From Nitrospirota bacterium (GTDB lineage Bacteria > Nitrospirota > UBA9217): a stretch of DNA of 64,000 nt. The stretch is taken from assembly GCA_963754875.1 (NCBI GenBank), contig CAVWHO010000017.1:64001-128000 (forward strand), written 5' to 3'. This document shows positions 50,868-61,057 of the stretch, in pieces. Numbering within the stretch: the stretch's first letter is position 1; each line of letters begins with the position of its first letter. The position numbers and the translations under genes were made by a program. The notes under the pieces were generated by a model that worked only from the letters and a program-made list of their open reading frames with translations, ran no database searches and had not been told where the DNA came from.

Positions 50868-51464
50868 ATGAAATCAATTAAATTCGTAATTGCTGTTGTT
50901 TTTACGGTGACGCTTTCAGCGGGCTCCATTTTTGCCCAACAATTGACTATACCCAATACCTTCACCGCAGGCACAACAATTAGTTCAAGCCAGATGAATG
51001 CTAACTTTACTGCTATAAAAAATGCAGTAGATCCGCTGCAGGTGTCCAACTATTGGCAATTTGGGAATCTCAATTACGGCGGCACTAATGTTACTTCAAC
51101 CTGGACCCAACTCAGCATCGCCTCAACGCCATCTTTTTCATTTACAAAGAGCGTGGCTGCCTCAAATATTGAGGTCCATGTAAATTCTAATTTTTCTGCA
51201 GGCACTTTCGCTGGCGGCGCTTTAGGCATCATGTTTCAAGTAAGAATTGATGGTGTTGTTGGCCCGACGTTTGGAAATGCTGCGAGTATTTTGACATCCG
51301 GTGCGAGTGAATTCCTCTCTATTTATGCCGTTTTTCAAGGCCTCGCGGCCGGGCCTCATACCGTAAGTCTATGGGCAATGACTCCGACTGGATCTAGTAC
51401 AGGAGTTTCGGTAGATTTAGGAGGCTATGGAGGAGCAATTATTGTAAAAGAAACCGGAATATGA
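50868..51464 (+). CDS. secreted protein with fibre-like N-terminal motif and beta-rich C-terminal domain
   Basis: signal peptide ending IFA; LTIPNTFTAGTTISSSQMNANFTAIKNAV; C-terminal GLAAGPHTVSL...IIVKE; RBS AAGGAG. Confidence 0.8.
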   Translation: MKSIKFVIAVVFTVTLSAGSIFAQQLTIPNTFTAGTTISSSQMNANFTAIKNAVDPLQVSNYWQFGNLNYGGTNVTSTWTQLSIASTPSFSFTKSVAASNIEVHVNSNFSAGTFAGGALGIMFQVRIDGVVGPTFGNAASILTSGASEFLSIYAVFQGLAAGPHTVSLWAMTPTGSSTGVSVDLGGYGGAIIVKETGI

Positions 51465-51752
51465 GCGAAGAGTTAAAAAATACAATGTCTACGATTTTTA
51501 TCCCGGTGCCGTAAGGGAGTTTTATAGTTCGCAAAAAAGGGGGGGGTAATACACCCCTTGTTGATGAAACCGTAGATTCACGGCGACATTCTCCCGGGCG
51601 GTGCGTACCTCCCATCACCATAGTCGCCCATTAATAATCAGCGGCATGTCCCGGCGCCCAGAGGACGCCGGGGCACTTTTCGGCTCATAGCCTTCCTTTT
51701 TGATAATTTTTTTTGAGAGGTGCGCAGTTGTGGCTTTACATACGCTCCTCAT

Positions 51753-51803
51753 CGCGGGGTGAAGCAAGCAGTCCGGTAACTCGACGGGCTTATAACACGA
51801 AGG
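51753..51803 (+). pseudogene. degenerate tRNA-fMet copy (5' two-thirds)
   Basis: CGCGGGGTGaAGCAagcaGTCCGGTAaCTCGaCGGGCTtATAACaCGAAGG. Confidence 0.75.
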
Positions 51804-51985
51804 ATGTAACAGAAGGAGACGTTCACAGAGCAACGGTCCTATGCTGCCCTGGGATTTTGCTAATAGAAAATCCGGAAGAATGCCGGAAATGCCCATAAAC
51901 CGGAGGACACCGGGAGTGATCGGTGTCCTCCGGTCATTTACTGGCGTTTTTTTAATGCTAAAAACTGTCCATCCCTATAATTTTC

Positions 51986-52014
51986 TTGACATTCCGGGGG
52001 GTGTGCATTAATAT
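51986..52014 (+). promoter_or_regulatory. sigma70 promoter of tRNA-fMet
   Basis: TTGACA-17 nt-TAATAT, 12 nt upstream of the tRNA. Confidence 0.75.
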
Positions 52015-52026
52015 GCTCTCTCACAT

Positions 52027-52173
<147 letters not shown>

Positions 52174-52283
52174 TAAATCTCTTCGCTCCACGCCCTCTGT
52201 TTTATCTTCTCATAAAGCATTTAATGTCAATGACCAGAAAAACTGCTCACGCTGTCACGGCAATCGATCGGGATAACACGAAA

Positions 52284-52931
52284 TCACTGCCCAATCACCA
52301 ACCTTACTCCCATATCAAATGCTTTTTGGCAATCCAGTGGAAATACTTCTTCATGCTGCTGCTTCTTCTTCACTGGGTCAAAACGGGTTGAAAGAACCTT
52401 GGAATAGTCATCAAACTGCAATGTGTCAAAACTGCATATATATTCAGATTCTCCAAAGATTCTCCGAAGTGCTCCATCATAGCGATTGAAATTGACTTCA
52501 TACTTCCATTCATGCATGACTTCCTCGGTGGTATTCATCGTGTAGATGAATCCGGTCTTAATCTTCCTGGTAAATACTGAATCTGGGGGATTGGTATAAG
52601 TCGTGTACTGAAATAGCAGACGCTCCAGGAATGACTTCATCTCGCCTGAGATATCGCCCCAATAAATAGGGGAACCCATCAAAATGGCATCAGCCTGTTC
52701 AATCCTACTGAAGATAGGGGCAAGGTCATCCTGAACGGCACACTTGCCATAGCTTTTCCCACCGAGGGTCTTACAGGCAAAACAACTTATGCATCCCTTG
52801 TAGTTGAGGTCATACAGATGAATCAGTTCTGTTTTGGCACCCTGTGAAGCAGCACCGTCAAGAGCTTTTTGCAGTAGGGTTGCCGTATTCCATTGCTTCC
52901 TTGGACTTCCATTGAACGCTATTATCTTCAT
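52284..52931 (-). CDS. flavodoxin-fold / iron-sulfur flavoprotein family protein
   Basis: MKIIAFNGSPRK.WNT, GCISCFACK......C, GSPIYWG. Confidence 0.9.
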   Translation of the reverse strand: MKIIAFNGSPRKQWNTATLLQKALDGAASQGAKTELIHLYDLNYKGCISCFACKTLGGKSYGKCAVQDDLAPIFSRIEQADAILMGSPIYWGDISGEMKSFLERLLFQYTTYTNPPDSVFTRKIKTGFIYTMNTTEEVMHEWKYEVNFNRYDGALRRIFGESEYICSFDTLQFDDYSKVLSTRFDPVKKKQQHEEVFPLDCQKAFDMGVRLVIGQ

Positions 52932-52941
52932 AATATCCTTT

Positions 52942-53357
52942 CTATGCCTTTTCACTGGCATAAATGTAGATAGTCCCGACTTTGGTGTTGTACCTTTTTA
53001 ACGTTTGAACATCCTGAAATCCCGCATCCCTCATTAAATCAGGTAGAAGCCCTTTGAAATTCGCTTCAACTTCTGGCTCAAACTTTGATGCAATGTTGCC
53101 AATTAGGGCGAACAGCGGATTTAGCTGCCTCCCGAAATCGGCAAGATAGAATTTCCCGTCTTTGACCAAGATTCGATTTATTTGAGTAGGGTGCCCGTTC
53201 CACATCCAAAATCGAGTATTGAGTCATTATCTGCGATATTCATGAAGCTAATCAAGTCCGACTTGATTCTTATTTCAGGAATGGCTCGTGAAATAAATAA
53301 ATCAAATAGATTTGACAGTAAATGGAAATCAAATGCGGGAATATATTTTTCTTTCAT
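52942..53357 (-). pseudogene. class I SAM methyltransferase with internal deletion and frameshift
   Basis: MKEKYIPAFDFHLL...ILDFGCGTGTLLK* in one frame, directly joined to INRILVKDGKFYLADFG...AGFQDV in another; central motifs missing. Confidence 0.8.
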
Positions 53358-53507
53358 GCTTTATCATTCCATCCACAGCGAATCAAAAAAAAGGCTTGAT
53401 GTTATCGGGCTGATTGTACTTGAACGAATTACTGTAACACTCCCTTATGCTATACTGGTTACAGAGTGTATTATCCTTTCATTAAGACTTAGTAAGGAGG
53501 TTCGAAC

Positions 53508-53744
53508 ATGAAGATGCAGGATATTCAAAAAATCGCAAAGAAGAAAGGCGTTAATGCTGAAAACATGAATGAAACACACCTTATCAGAGCGATTCAAAAA
53601 GCAGAAGGAAACAATGAATGTTTTGCTACCGCTTCTGTTCAGACATGTGGTCAGACGACTTGTCTTTGGCATAAAGACTGTGCATTATATTATGCTAAGG
53701 CTGTTTCGATAGACCGCTACTCCCATGACACGATGGGTAGATAA
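53508..53744 (+). CDS. small SAP/Rho-N-like protein with Cys-rich tail
   Basis: IQKIAKKKGV...LIRAIQKAEGN.ECFAT....CGQ..CLWHKDC; RBS AAGGAGG. Confidence 0.8.
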   Translation: MKMQDIQKIAKKKGVNAENMNETHLIRAIQKAEGNNECFATASVQTCGQTTCLWHKDCALYYAKAVSIDRYSHDTMGR

Positions 53745-53830
53745 TATATGACTCGGGTGTTTAAACTAAGCCCTGCTCGATGTTATCAGATTGTCGTACG
53801 TTAATGTGTTCACTATATGTGCGCTGAACT

Positions 53831-54232
53831 CTATTTAGAAAAATATTGTCGAACTCTAGCTGCAATCTGACGATGAGTCATCTTGTCAACTGTTTCAATT
53901 CCTTCAATGCGTCCGCTGAGCTTGTTTTTCTTGATACGCTTTTTTAGTTCGCCCTTTGCCTCACCTGGACCAAATATCAGAATGGCTTCTGCATCACGAA
54001 TACACGAAATAACAGCATCATAAAAAATGTTCAAATGACCCGTAAACACTCTCTGTAGACTGTCATCTGCCAGAATTTGCTTTTCATAGGGAGCTGTAGT
54101 CCGTATACCACCAGAACGACCGGGTTGCTTTTCAACCTTTGATATTATCAAATTTATTTCTTCCCCTTTTGATGTAACCACCACGATTACTGCTTTCTTG
54201 TGGTCAATCCACAAACCCGCTGTTGTTTTCAT
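53831..54232 (-). CDS. eRF1-domain-like / host-attachment-type hypothetical protein
   Basis: GLWIDHKKAVIV, ILIFGPGEAKGEL, ETVDKMTHRQIAARVRQYF; RBS AAGGAG. Confidence 0.75.
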   Translation of the reverse strand: MKTTAGLWIDHKKAVIVVVTSKGEEINLIISKVEKQPGRSGGIRTTAPYEKQILADDSLQRVFTGHLNIFYDAVISCIRDAEAILIFGPGEAKGELKKRIKKNKLSGRIEGIETVDKMTHRQIAARVRQYFSK

Positions 54233-54554
54233 AAATGACTCCTTTGACTTGTGAAATAGTTAGCATGGAAAGCAATACAAATAGGTAATCAATAAATAAA
54301 CCCTCTATTTTTGCAACCTATTGTGGATTCTATCAACAGTTGAGGGATAAAGACAAAAAGAAACTCAAATGTACAGACACATCCATAGATCTTTTTATAC
54401 TCATAATTGACACTTTATGGCAAACTTTAGGTTATTCAGATATATAGGTGCTCATGATAGCTGGCGAATCGCTGTATTGTTATGAGACCATCGCATGATG
54501 AAATTTATCTCCTTGTACATGGAATGCACAGAATTATCGGGAAAGGGAAATCAC

Positions 54555-54776
54555 ATGCAACTTCAAACAGTCATGGTAATCGAATAAACCGGCGGCGCAA
54601 TCATTTCTGTACGCTCCTTCTCTGAGGACAAGGAAGGGAACAAGGAAGCGGAAGCACTCTTTGTGAAACTTGCGAAAGACAATGGTATGGATGACACTGA
54701 CATCGACACTTGCGTTGAAGAGGGGCTGTTTGAGGAAGGTGACTATCAGATTTTCCTCGCTCACTCGGAGGATTAA
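54555..54776 (+). pseudogene. small acidic protein gene with premature TAA at codon 11
   Basis: MQLQTVMVIE*TGGAIISVRSFSEDKEGNKEAEALF...DYQIFLAHSED; RBS-like AAGGGA upstream. Confidence 0.5.
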
Positions 54777-55189
54777 TAGCCCCTCATTACTTCATTCCGG
54801 TTTTATTCACCATCTTACGTCCTATTACTTTGCGTTCCCATACCCTACGTGTAGTCGGAATGCTGGTTAATCTGGCAAAACGTTGTTTAGCCGATGAAAA
54901 ACCGCTTGCTGTCTTTCCTTGCCACAGAGGACGGCGTTTATGTGCCATTTTATCCACCTTCTCTCTTCGCTTTCTAATATCAACTTAAATTATATCAAAA
55001 ATGTGAAGAAAGGGGGCTAGAGCGAGAACTTCCCAAAATCTACGTTTACCTCCCCTGAGCCTCGCCAGCCCTATAGGTGCATTTGGCTATTGAGATTGAT
55101 ATTTTGGACGGGTTAATGTGAAAACATTCAAGTAATCTAGGAAAACCTTTTCGAGCGATTTCTACATACAAAAAAACAGAAAATGACGG

Positions 55190-55603
55190 TCAGGTTTTGG
55201 ATTCGAGAACAGCCTGAGGAAACAGCTTTTCAACTACCGCATGTATTTCCCCAGATGTAAACGGTTTTTTCAAAATACCCTTTGTCAGATGGAGAGTTTC
55301 CTCCGCATCTTCTTCATGTTCCGTTGAGATGACCGCAATAATAGGAATATGTTTAAATGCTTCTTGTTCATTGACCCTCTTGATGAAATCAATTCCACTC
55401 ATGTGAGGTTGCATATTCATATCGATAATAAGCAGATTTACGTCAGTGTTGCTGGCAAGCAGATTAAGCCCCTCTTGTCCGTTGATCGCCGTAAGAACAG
55501 GACATTTGTATCTCGCCAATATTAATTTATAAGTCTGATGAATTGCGGCTGAATTATCAACAATAAGAATTTTCTTTAACACGATAAATGGAACTCCTTC
55601 CAA
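55190..55603 (-). CDS. single-domain response regulator
   Basis: ILIVDNS, AINGQEGL, LLIIDMNM..MSG, LKKPF; start codon uncertain. Confidence 0.85.
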   Translation of the reverse strand: MEGVPFIVLKKILIVDNSAAIHQTYKLILARYKCPVLTAINGQEGLNLLASNTDVNLLIIDMNMQPHMSGIDFIKRVNEQEAFKHIPIIAVISTEHEEDAEETLHLTKGILKKPFTSGEIHAVVEKLFPQAVLESKT

Positions 55604-55747
55604 GATGAAAGCTACCCCGCCCTCTACTCCTACCGTGATACCTTTTTCACGGAAATAACTGTTATCCTTTCGTGTATACTATATTATAGACGTTTGCTAG
55701 GATAAAAAGGGCTGAGATAAGGTCATGCAGTATAAAGGAGGATTTAC

Positions 55748-56158
55748 ATGAAAGAAATCAAATGTGCAAGTCTTGGATATACATGTAAGTGGAAACATAT
55801 CGCCAATACCGAGGAGTTACTCGCCGATTTCACGGCTATCCATCTGCGTGATGTTCACGGGGTGAAGGCCATCAGCCCAGATATGCTGGGAAAGATAAAA
55901 AATAGCTTTATGCCCCTAAGTGCAGCGGAAGCCGCAAAATATGCTGATGTAAAGCCGAAGGTATATAATTGCGATATAGGCCCGAAATGTTCCTGGCGGT
56001 ATGTAGCAATGACGGAGGAGCTGATTGTGGACGGAGCAGCAGTTCATGCTAGGGAAGCCCACGACATCAAGGAGTTTTCTCCCGCAATGATAGCCAAGGT
56101 TAAAAAAGCAGCTCAAGAATGGTCTTTGGATAGCGAGAAAAAAAGGAAGGTAGCGTAA
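55748..56158 (+). CDS. tandem DUF1059-like small metal-binding protein
   Basis: two units C.....C.W...A.TEEL......H.R..H; RBS AAGGAGG. Confidence 0.8.
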   Translation: MKEIKCASLGYTCKWKHIANTEELLADFTAIHLRDVHGVKAISPDMLGKIKNSFMPLSAAEAAKYADVKPKVYNCDIGPKCSWRYVAMTEELIVDGAAVHAREAHDIKEFSPAMIAKVKKAAQEWSLDSEKKRKVA

Positions 56159-56228
56159 AATGGTAGTAAAGCATCAATGAATGAGGCTGAGGCTGTGCGG
56201 TGGTTATCGGTAACAGGAGGTGATGGCC

Positions 56229-56390
56229 ATGGCAGAGAAGATGAAAGAAGTTGAATGTCCATGTGGCGCTGTGGTGAAAAGCCATGACGAAAAGGAAATC
56301 ACCGAGTTTATAATCCTACATGCATGGAAATCGCATAACACGATTCTCACTGAAGAGGATGTAAAAGAGAATATGAAAGATGCTGCATAA
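56229..56390 (+). CDS. single DUF1059-like protein (53 aa, below the ORF-track cutoff)
   Basis: MAEKMKEVECPCGAVVKSHDEKEITEFIILHAWKSHN...; strong RBS AGGAGGTG. Confidence 0.75.
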   Translation: MAEKMKEVECPCGAVVKSHDEKEITEFIILHAWKSHNTILTEEDVKENMKDAA

Positions 56391-56623
56391 TTCTCAGAAG
56401 ACTGCGACGGAATGCTGTCTTAGTTAAGGGGCTTGGTGATTCCAAGCTTTTTTTTTGTGTGCGCGTATGGTCGGATAACTGTATAAAAAAAGCAAAGAAA
56501 AGAAGGGACGGCAGTTTGTCCCTTCCTATCGAAGTGGCTTCACACGGCAAGGGTCGCCGGTTTAAATCCATCACGTCCACCGTAAATGCCACAGTTGCTA
56601 GCAATTTGCTTCGGTCCGAAAAC

Positions 56624-56731
56624 CCCGAAGGTCGTCGGTTCAAATCCGGCCCCCGCTACCAAATCTATCAAGGGGTTACAGTTCATACTGTAACCCCTCT
56701 TTTTTTCTTCAGGACGGTATCAGGACAGTTA
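56624..56731 (+). repeat. direct repeat copy 2 (att-like: tRNA-fMet 3' half + terminator)
   Basis: CCCGAAGGTCGTCGGTTCAAATCCGGCCCCCGCTACCAAATCTATCAAGGGGTTACAG... matches 52066 onward. Confidence 0.92.
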
Positions 56732-56873
56732 CAGGACGGAATCCTGTATGCTGCCAGAGTCGACTACGGGCCCAAAGTATTTTCTCGAAAGCAGCGGCAG
56801 TTCTCGGGCAAGCCTTCGATATTGCCATAGCGACAGAAGACTAGAAAAACAAGGGTAAATAGCAGGGGACTGT

Positions 56874-57197
56874 ATGAGCAAGTTCACGGATTACATCGAT
56901 GGCATTGCGGATAAGACTTCGACGCTGGCTAAAGATGAGCTAAATGAACTTATCATTTCAGCCAAGAAGGATGAGTCTGAATTTGTCAGATTGCAGGCGG
57001 TAAATGTGGAACACTGGATCGTCATGCTTGCCGCAGGCCAGGTGACACCCGCAGGTTTTAAAAGACTTGTGACGAATATGGATGTTCTCACAGAACTGGA
57101 GACCATTAAGCTGGATGTCGCGGCTAAAGCCAGTGCCGAGCGTCTGGCAGACGGCATTCAAAAACATATAATTGACGGACTCTTTAAGCTGTTATAG
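56874..57197 (+). CDS. hypothetical helical protein
   Basis: clean ORF with RBS AGGGG; no recognised motif. Confidence 0.7.
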   Translation: MSKFTDYIDGIADKTSTLAKDELNELIISAKKDESEFVRLQAVNVEHWIVMLAAGQVTPAGFKRLVTNMDVLTELETIKLDVAAKASAERLADGIQKHIIDGLFKLL

Positions 57198-57321
57198 CGG
57201 GAAGGCCGGCTCAGTACGATGCGCTATAAGCGGCAGTGTTCCGGCCGATTATATCATCAGACCATTAAATGAATTCCAACCCGGGCATCCTTAAAAAGCA
57301 ATGTTTAGGTGAGGGGACCAA

Positions 57322-57774
57322 ATGAAAGTACTTGGACTACACGTTGCCACCGGACAGCTCAGATACACAGTACTTGAAGGAACCAAAGCCGCACCGACAT
57401 TGCTCGGGAATGGTAGACTTCTTACCACGGATCCATCGAAGGTTGCCGAACTGATGGATTGGTACGAGAAACAGTTCATACAGCTCTTGAACCAGCACAT
57501 GCCTGACCGCATAGCATACCGATTGATGCTTGCGCCGAAGAAGAGCCAGCTGTTCACTTCTTGCTTTCCCTTCGGCATACTCTATTTGCTAGCCCACCAT
57601 CGGAACATACCTGTGTCGTCTTATGTGTCAGGGAATTATGTAGCGTCTCGTCTTGGACTTCCAAAAGGCACGGATATTTATGCACACTGCGACCACGTGC
57701 TGGGCTTGCATCCGCCATACTGGGACGAAAACCAGAAACACTCAGTGCTTGCCGCGTGGTTTGAATTAGAGTAG
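57322..57774 (+). CDS. hypothetical protein with RuvC/RNase H-fold-like N-terminus
   Basis: MKVLGLHVATGQLRYTVLEG resembles the RuvC/YqgF first strands; PDRIAYR; RBS GAGGGG. Confidence 0.6.
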   Translation: MKVLGLHVATGQLRYTVLEGTKAAPTLLGNGRLLTTDPSKVAELMDWYEKQFIQLLNQHMPDRIAYRLMLAPKKSQLFTSCFPFGILYLLAHHRNIPVSSYVSGNYVASRLGLPKGTDIYAHCDHVLGLHPPYWDENQKHSVLAAWFELE

Positions 57775-57982
57775 TCATGCCTCACAAGCTTCTATTCTAT
57801 GTGTATTATGCGATCTGTGATTTATTTATGAAAATGCGATGTCCATCCTGTAGCTGTTGAGTTTCACTGATTTACGAATCGACGACTCCTTCCTGTAACT
57901 GTGATTTTTAAATCCTATCTCAATATCACTACTTCACGTCGTAGTTTGGATTCTGCAGTTTAACATGAGAAGGTGATGCGCT

Positions 57983-58294
57983 ATGGGGTTAAGAATCCTG
58001 ATCGGAATAATAGTACTCGGGTCCGCGCTCCAAATGTCCGGAAATATCTATTGCGATATGAAGAGATCCAAGAGTGAAAATGAATCCAGATATCTGTATG
58101 GCATGAAGGTGGACCTATGGAAGGAGCCTTTGTCCTCTGAAGAGTTGGCGAAACTTGGTGTAAGCGTCAATGAAGAAAAGACTCTGGCAGACCTGATGAA
58201 AGGAGAAATCCTCTTCAGGATCGCCATGCCAGGGGAAAATGATCAGTTCCGCTTATCTCTTACGGGGGCCTCTCACGACTTTTCTACCGATTAA
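57983..58294 (+). CDS. hypothetical protein with N-terminal hydrophobic segment
   Basis: RBS AGGTG; signal/TM-like N-terminus. Confidence 0.5.
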   Translation: MGLRILIGIIVLGSALQMSGNIYCDMKRSKSENESRYLYGMKVDLWKEPLSSEELAKLGVSVNEEKTLADLMKGEILFRIAMPGENDQFRLSLTGASHDFSTD

Positions 58295-58353
58295 AGGTTT
58301 GAATCTCCCGGACCGTGGCACACCAGTCCCCTCTCTCCGGATTGGTATTTACC

Positions 58354-58674
58354 TTACCTCGCTATTGCGCGCATTACTCTGACTGCGATCTTTAGCTCAT
58401 CTTCTTCAATTATTTCATTTATGAGATGCCTCAGCATTTCTTTCAAGGCTTTCAAATTCACCTCATATTTATAATCGAACAAATCCCACAATTCGACATT
58501 CAAGGCTTCCGATATTTTAATAAGCATGTCGAGGGTGGGATTCTCCGTGCCTCGTTCCATACGGCTTACGTAGTTGGGGCTTATGTCGGCTTTTGATGCG
58601 ACTTCCTCCTGGGATAGTTCTCTTTTTTTCCTCAATACCTTAATCCTTCGACCAATCGATTGTTTCGTATTCAT
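58354..58674 (-). CDS. XRE-family HTH transcriptional regulator
   Basis: IGRRIKVLRKKRELSQEEVA...ISPNYVSRMERGTENPTLDML. Confidence 0.9.
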   Translation of the reverse strand: MNTKQSIGRRIKVLRKKRELSQEEVASKADISPNYVSRMERGTENPTLDMLIKISEALNVELWDLFDYKYEVNLKALKEMLRHLINEIIEEDELKIAVRVMRAIAR

Positions 58675-58897
58675 GATGATCTCCTTCATAGCCCCCCTAA
58701 CATTATTATAATCGGAGACAATAATGAACGCTTCAACAGGAAAAAAAGACTTGAAAAAAATGCTCATTGGGTGTAAAAATATGCTTGTTAATGCTTTTTA
58801 ATGACTAAATGTGTTCTCGATGGGCACAGATACAATAGTGTCTTCTCTCCAGAATCTCTGGAAAAAGCGGAATCGTATGGTTCACAATCACGAAAGA

Positions 58898-59010
58898 ATG
58901 ACAACTCTGATCGTCGACGACGATGACCTTTTTCGAGACCTCTGGCTCAATTAGCCGGTTTCTGAGGGCTTCGAGGTGCACTGTGGCCATGATGGCATGT
59001 CAGCCACTCC
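58898..59010 (+). pseudogene. frameshifted receiver-domain fragment
   Basis: MTTLIVDDDDLF, then VSEGFEVHCGHDGMSA in another frame. Confidence 0.55.
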
Positions 59011-59083
59011 TTAAATAAATGTCAAATTTACAGCCCAACATAAATTCATTCCCATCGTCTTCAAAGCAAGATAAGGAAGAACG

Positions 59084-61039
59084 ATGCATAGAAACGAACT
59101 CACGAGCGTTGAGGAAGTTCTGAATTCAATCGCCGACCCTATTTTAATCAGTGACAGAGATTATAAAATTGTCTTTGCCAATAAGGCGGCTCTTACACTT
59201 TGTGGTCTTCATCTCGACAAGGTTGTAGGCAAGACCTGTCATGAAGTTTCGCACCATTGTCCAACGCCATGCGCGTTTCCTGAGAAATGTCCACATCGTA
59301 AAGTATTCTCAACCGGCAAACCCTCTCAAGTCAAACATACACACTGCTGCCGGGAAGGCGAGGAAAGAATCTTCAGTATTACGGCCTCGCCGATAAAGGA
59401 CGGTTACGGGAATATTACACGCATGATTGAGGTTTTGCGCGATATAACGGATGATGAGAAAATGGCGGTATTGCTCAAAACAACGTTATCGGATTTAGAA
59501 ATATCCGGACATGCATTGCAAAAAAGCGAGGCCCTGATGAAAAGCATTCTTGAAAGTGTTGACGAGGGTTTTATCATAATCGACCCCGATTACCGGATTA
59601 TATCTGCAAATAAGGCGTACTGCAAGCAGGTAAAGTGTAAGACGGAAGACATTATCGGCAAACATTGCTTTGAGGTCTCTCACCACCGGGAGGAACCCTG
59701 CTTCCTTGCGGGAGAGGAATGCGCCCCTAAGCGGACATATGGGACAGGGGCTCCTTCCGTAGCAATCCACACCCACTATGATAGCGAGGAAAATTCGGTT
59801 TACATCGAAACGCGTTCTTATCCCATAAAGAATAAATCCGGCGCTGTCACCGGCGTCATTGAGACATTAAACAACATAACGGAAGTAAGGAGGCTCGAAG
59901 ACCAATTAAGGCACGCTCAGAAGATGGAGGCGATAGGTACGCTCGCCGGAGGTATTGCCCACGACTTCAATAATCTGTTGAGCGCCATCATAGGCTACGG
60001 GAACCTCATGCAGATGAAGATGAGAGAGGATGATCCTTTTTTGCCGCATTTGAAGGAGATACTCAAGGCAGGCGAAAAAGCGGCGAGTCTTACCAATGGG
60101 CTTCTTGCCTTCAGTAGAAAACAAGTGATGGACATGAAAGCCGTGAACATCAACGACATCATTGCGGAACTCCGAAAGATTCTCGAAAGGATTATCGGGG
60201 AAGATATCGAATTCAGCGTAATAGCCTCCCCCGAGGATTTGATCATTAGAGCCGATACGGGGCAGATTGAACAGGTTCTCATGAACTTATCCTCGAACGC
60301 CCGGGACGCAATGCCCCATGGCGGTATCCTGAAGGTTGAGGCAGGATTAATACCGGTGGGTAACAACTTCATTACTACCCATGGCTTTGGTGAACCGAGC
60401 CAATATGCTATGATCACCGTCAAGGACACTGGAACAGGAATGGATGAAGCGACCAGACAGCGGATTTTTGAACCCTATTTTACGACTAAGGAAGTCGGCC
60501 GGGGTACAGGGCTGGGGTTATCGATTGCTTTCGGCATTGTAAGACAGCATAAAGGTTTTATCGACTGCCTCAGCGAAAAGGGAAAAGGAACAACTTTCAA
60601 TATTTATCTTCCTCTTGCCGCGACAGAAGCGGAGAAAAACGCGGTAGAAGCGTCTGACTCTCCAACTGGAGGCGGGGAAACCGTGCTTCTTGCAGAGGAT
60701 GATGCGACGATCAGAACCCTCACTAAAGAGATTCTCGCTGATTTCGGTTATACGGTTATAGAAGCTGCTGATGGCGAGGACGCGGTGAGTAAGTTCAAGA
60801 CTAACCAGAACCGGATAAAGCTACTTCTGCTCGATGTCATTATGCCAAAAAAGAGCGGCAGGGCGGTTTACGAGGAGATAAGAAGGATAAGCCCAGACAT
60901 AAAAGCACTCTTTATCAGCGGCTATGCCCGGGATTTTATGCAAAACAGGGGTGTTCTTGAGAACGGCATCGAATTCATGCAGAAACCGGTTGCTCCGACA
61001 GTACTTCTAAACAAAATTAGGGCAATATTAGATAAGTAG
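59084..61039 (+). CDS. PAS-PAS hybrid sensor histidine kinase
   Basis: two Cys/His-bearing PAS domains; GGIAHDFNNLL; HATPase; receiver LLLDVIMP. Confidence 0.93.
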   Translation: MHRNELTSVEEVLNSIADPILISDRDYKIVFANKAALTLCGLHLDKVVGKTCHEVSHHCPTPCAFPEKCPHRKVFSTGKPSQVKHTHCCREGEERIFSITASPIKDGYGNITRMIEVLRDITDDEKMAVLLKTTLSDLEISGHALQKSEALMKSILESVDEGFIIIDPDYRIISANKAYCKQVKCKTEDIIGKHCFEVSHHREEPCFLAGEECAPKRTYGTGAPSVAIHTHYDSEENSVYIETRSYPIKNKSGAVTGVIETLNNITEVRRLEDQLRHAQKMEAIGTLAGGIAHDFNNLLSAIIGYGNLMQMKMREDDPFLPHLKEILKAGEKAASLTNGLLAFSRKQVMDMKAVNINDIIAELRKILERIIGEDIEFSVIASPEDLIIRADTGQIEQVLMNLSSNARDAMPHGGILKVEAGLIPVGNNFITTHGFGEPSQYAMITVKDTGTGMDEATRQRIFEPYFTTKEVGRGTGLGLSIAFGIVRQHKGFIDCLSEKGKGTTFNIYLPLAATEAEKNAVEASDSPTGGGETVLLAEDDATIRTLTKEILADFGYTVIEAADGEDAVSKFKTNQNRIKLLLLDVIMPKKSGRAVYEEIRRISPDIKALFISGYARDFMQNRGVLENGIEFMQKPVAPTVLLNKIRAILDK

Positions 61040-61057
61040 TAGGATTGGATCAATACG

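Noticed and set aside
46866..51464. Prophage interpretation based on the SLT, fibre-like protein and tRNA att sites
   Set aside because: No capsid, terminase, portal or integrase genes; the SLT and fibre-like proteins carry export signals typical of cellular proteins.
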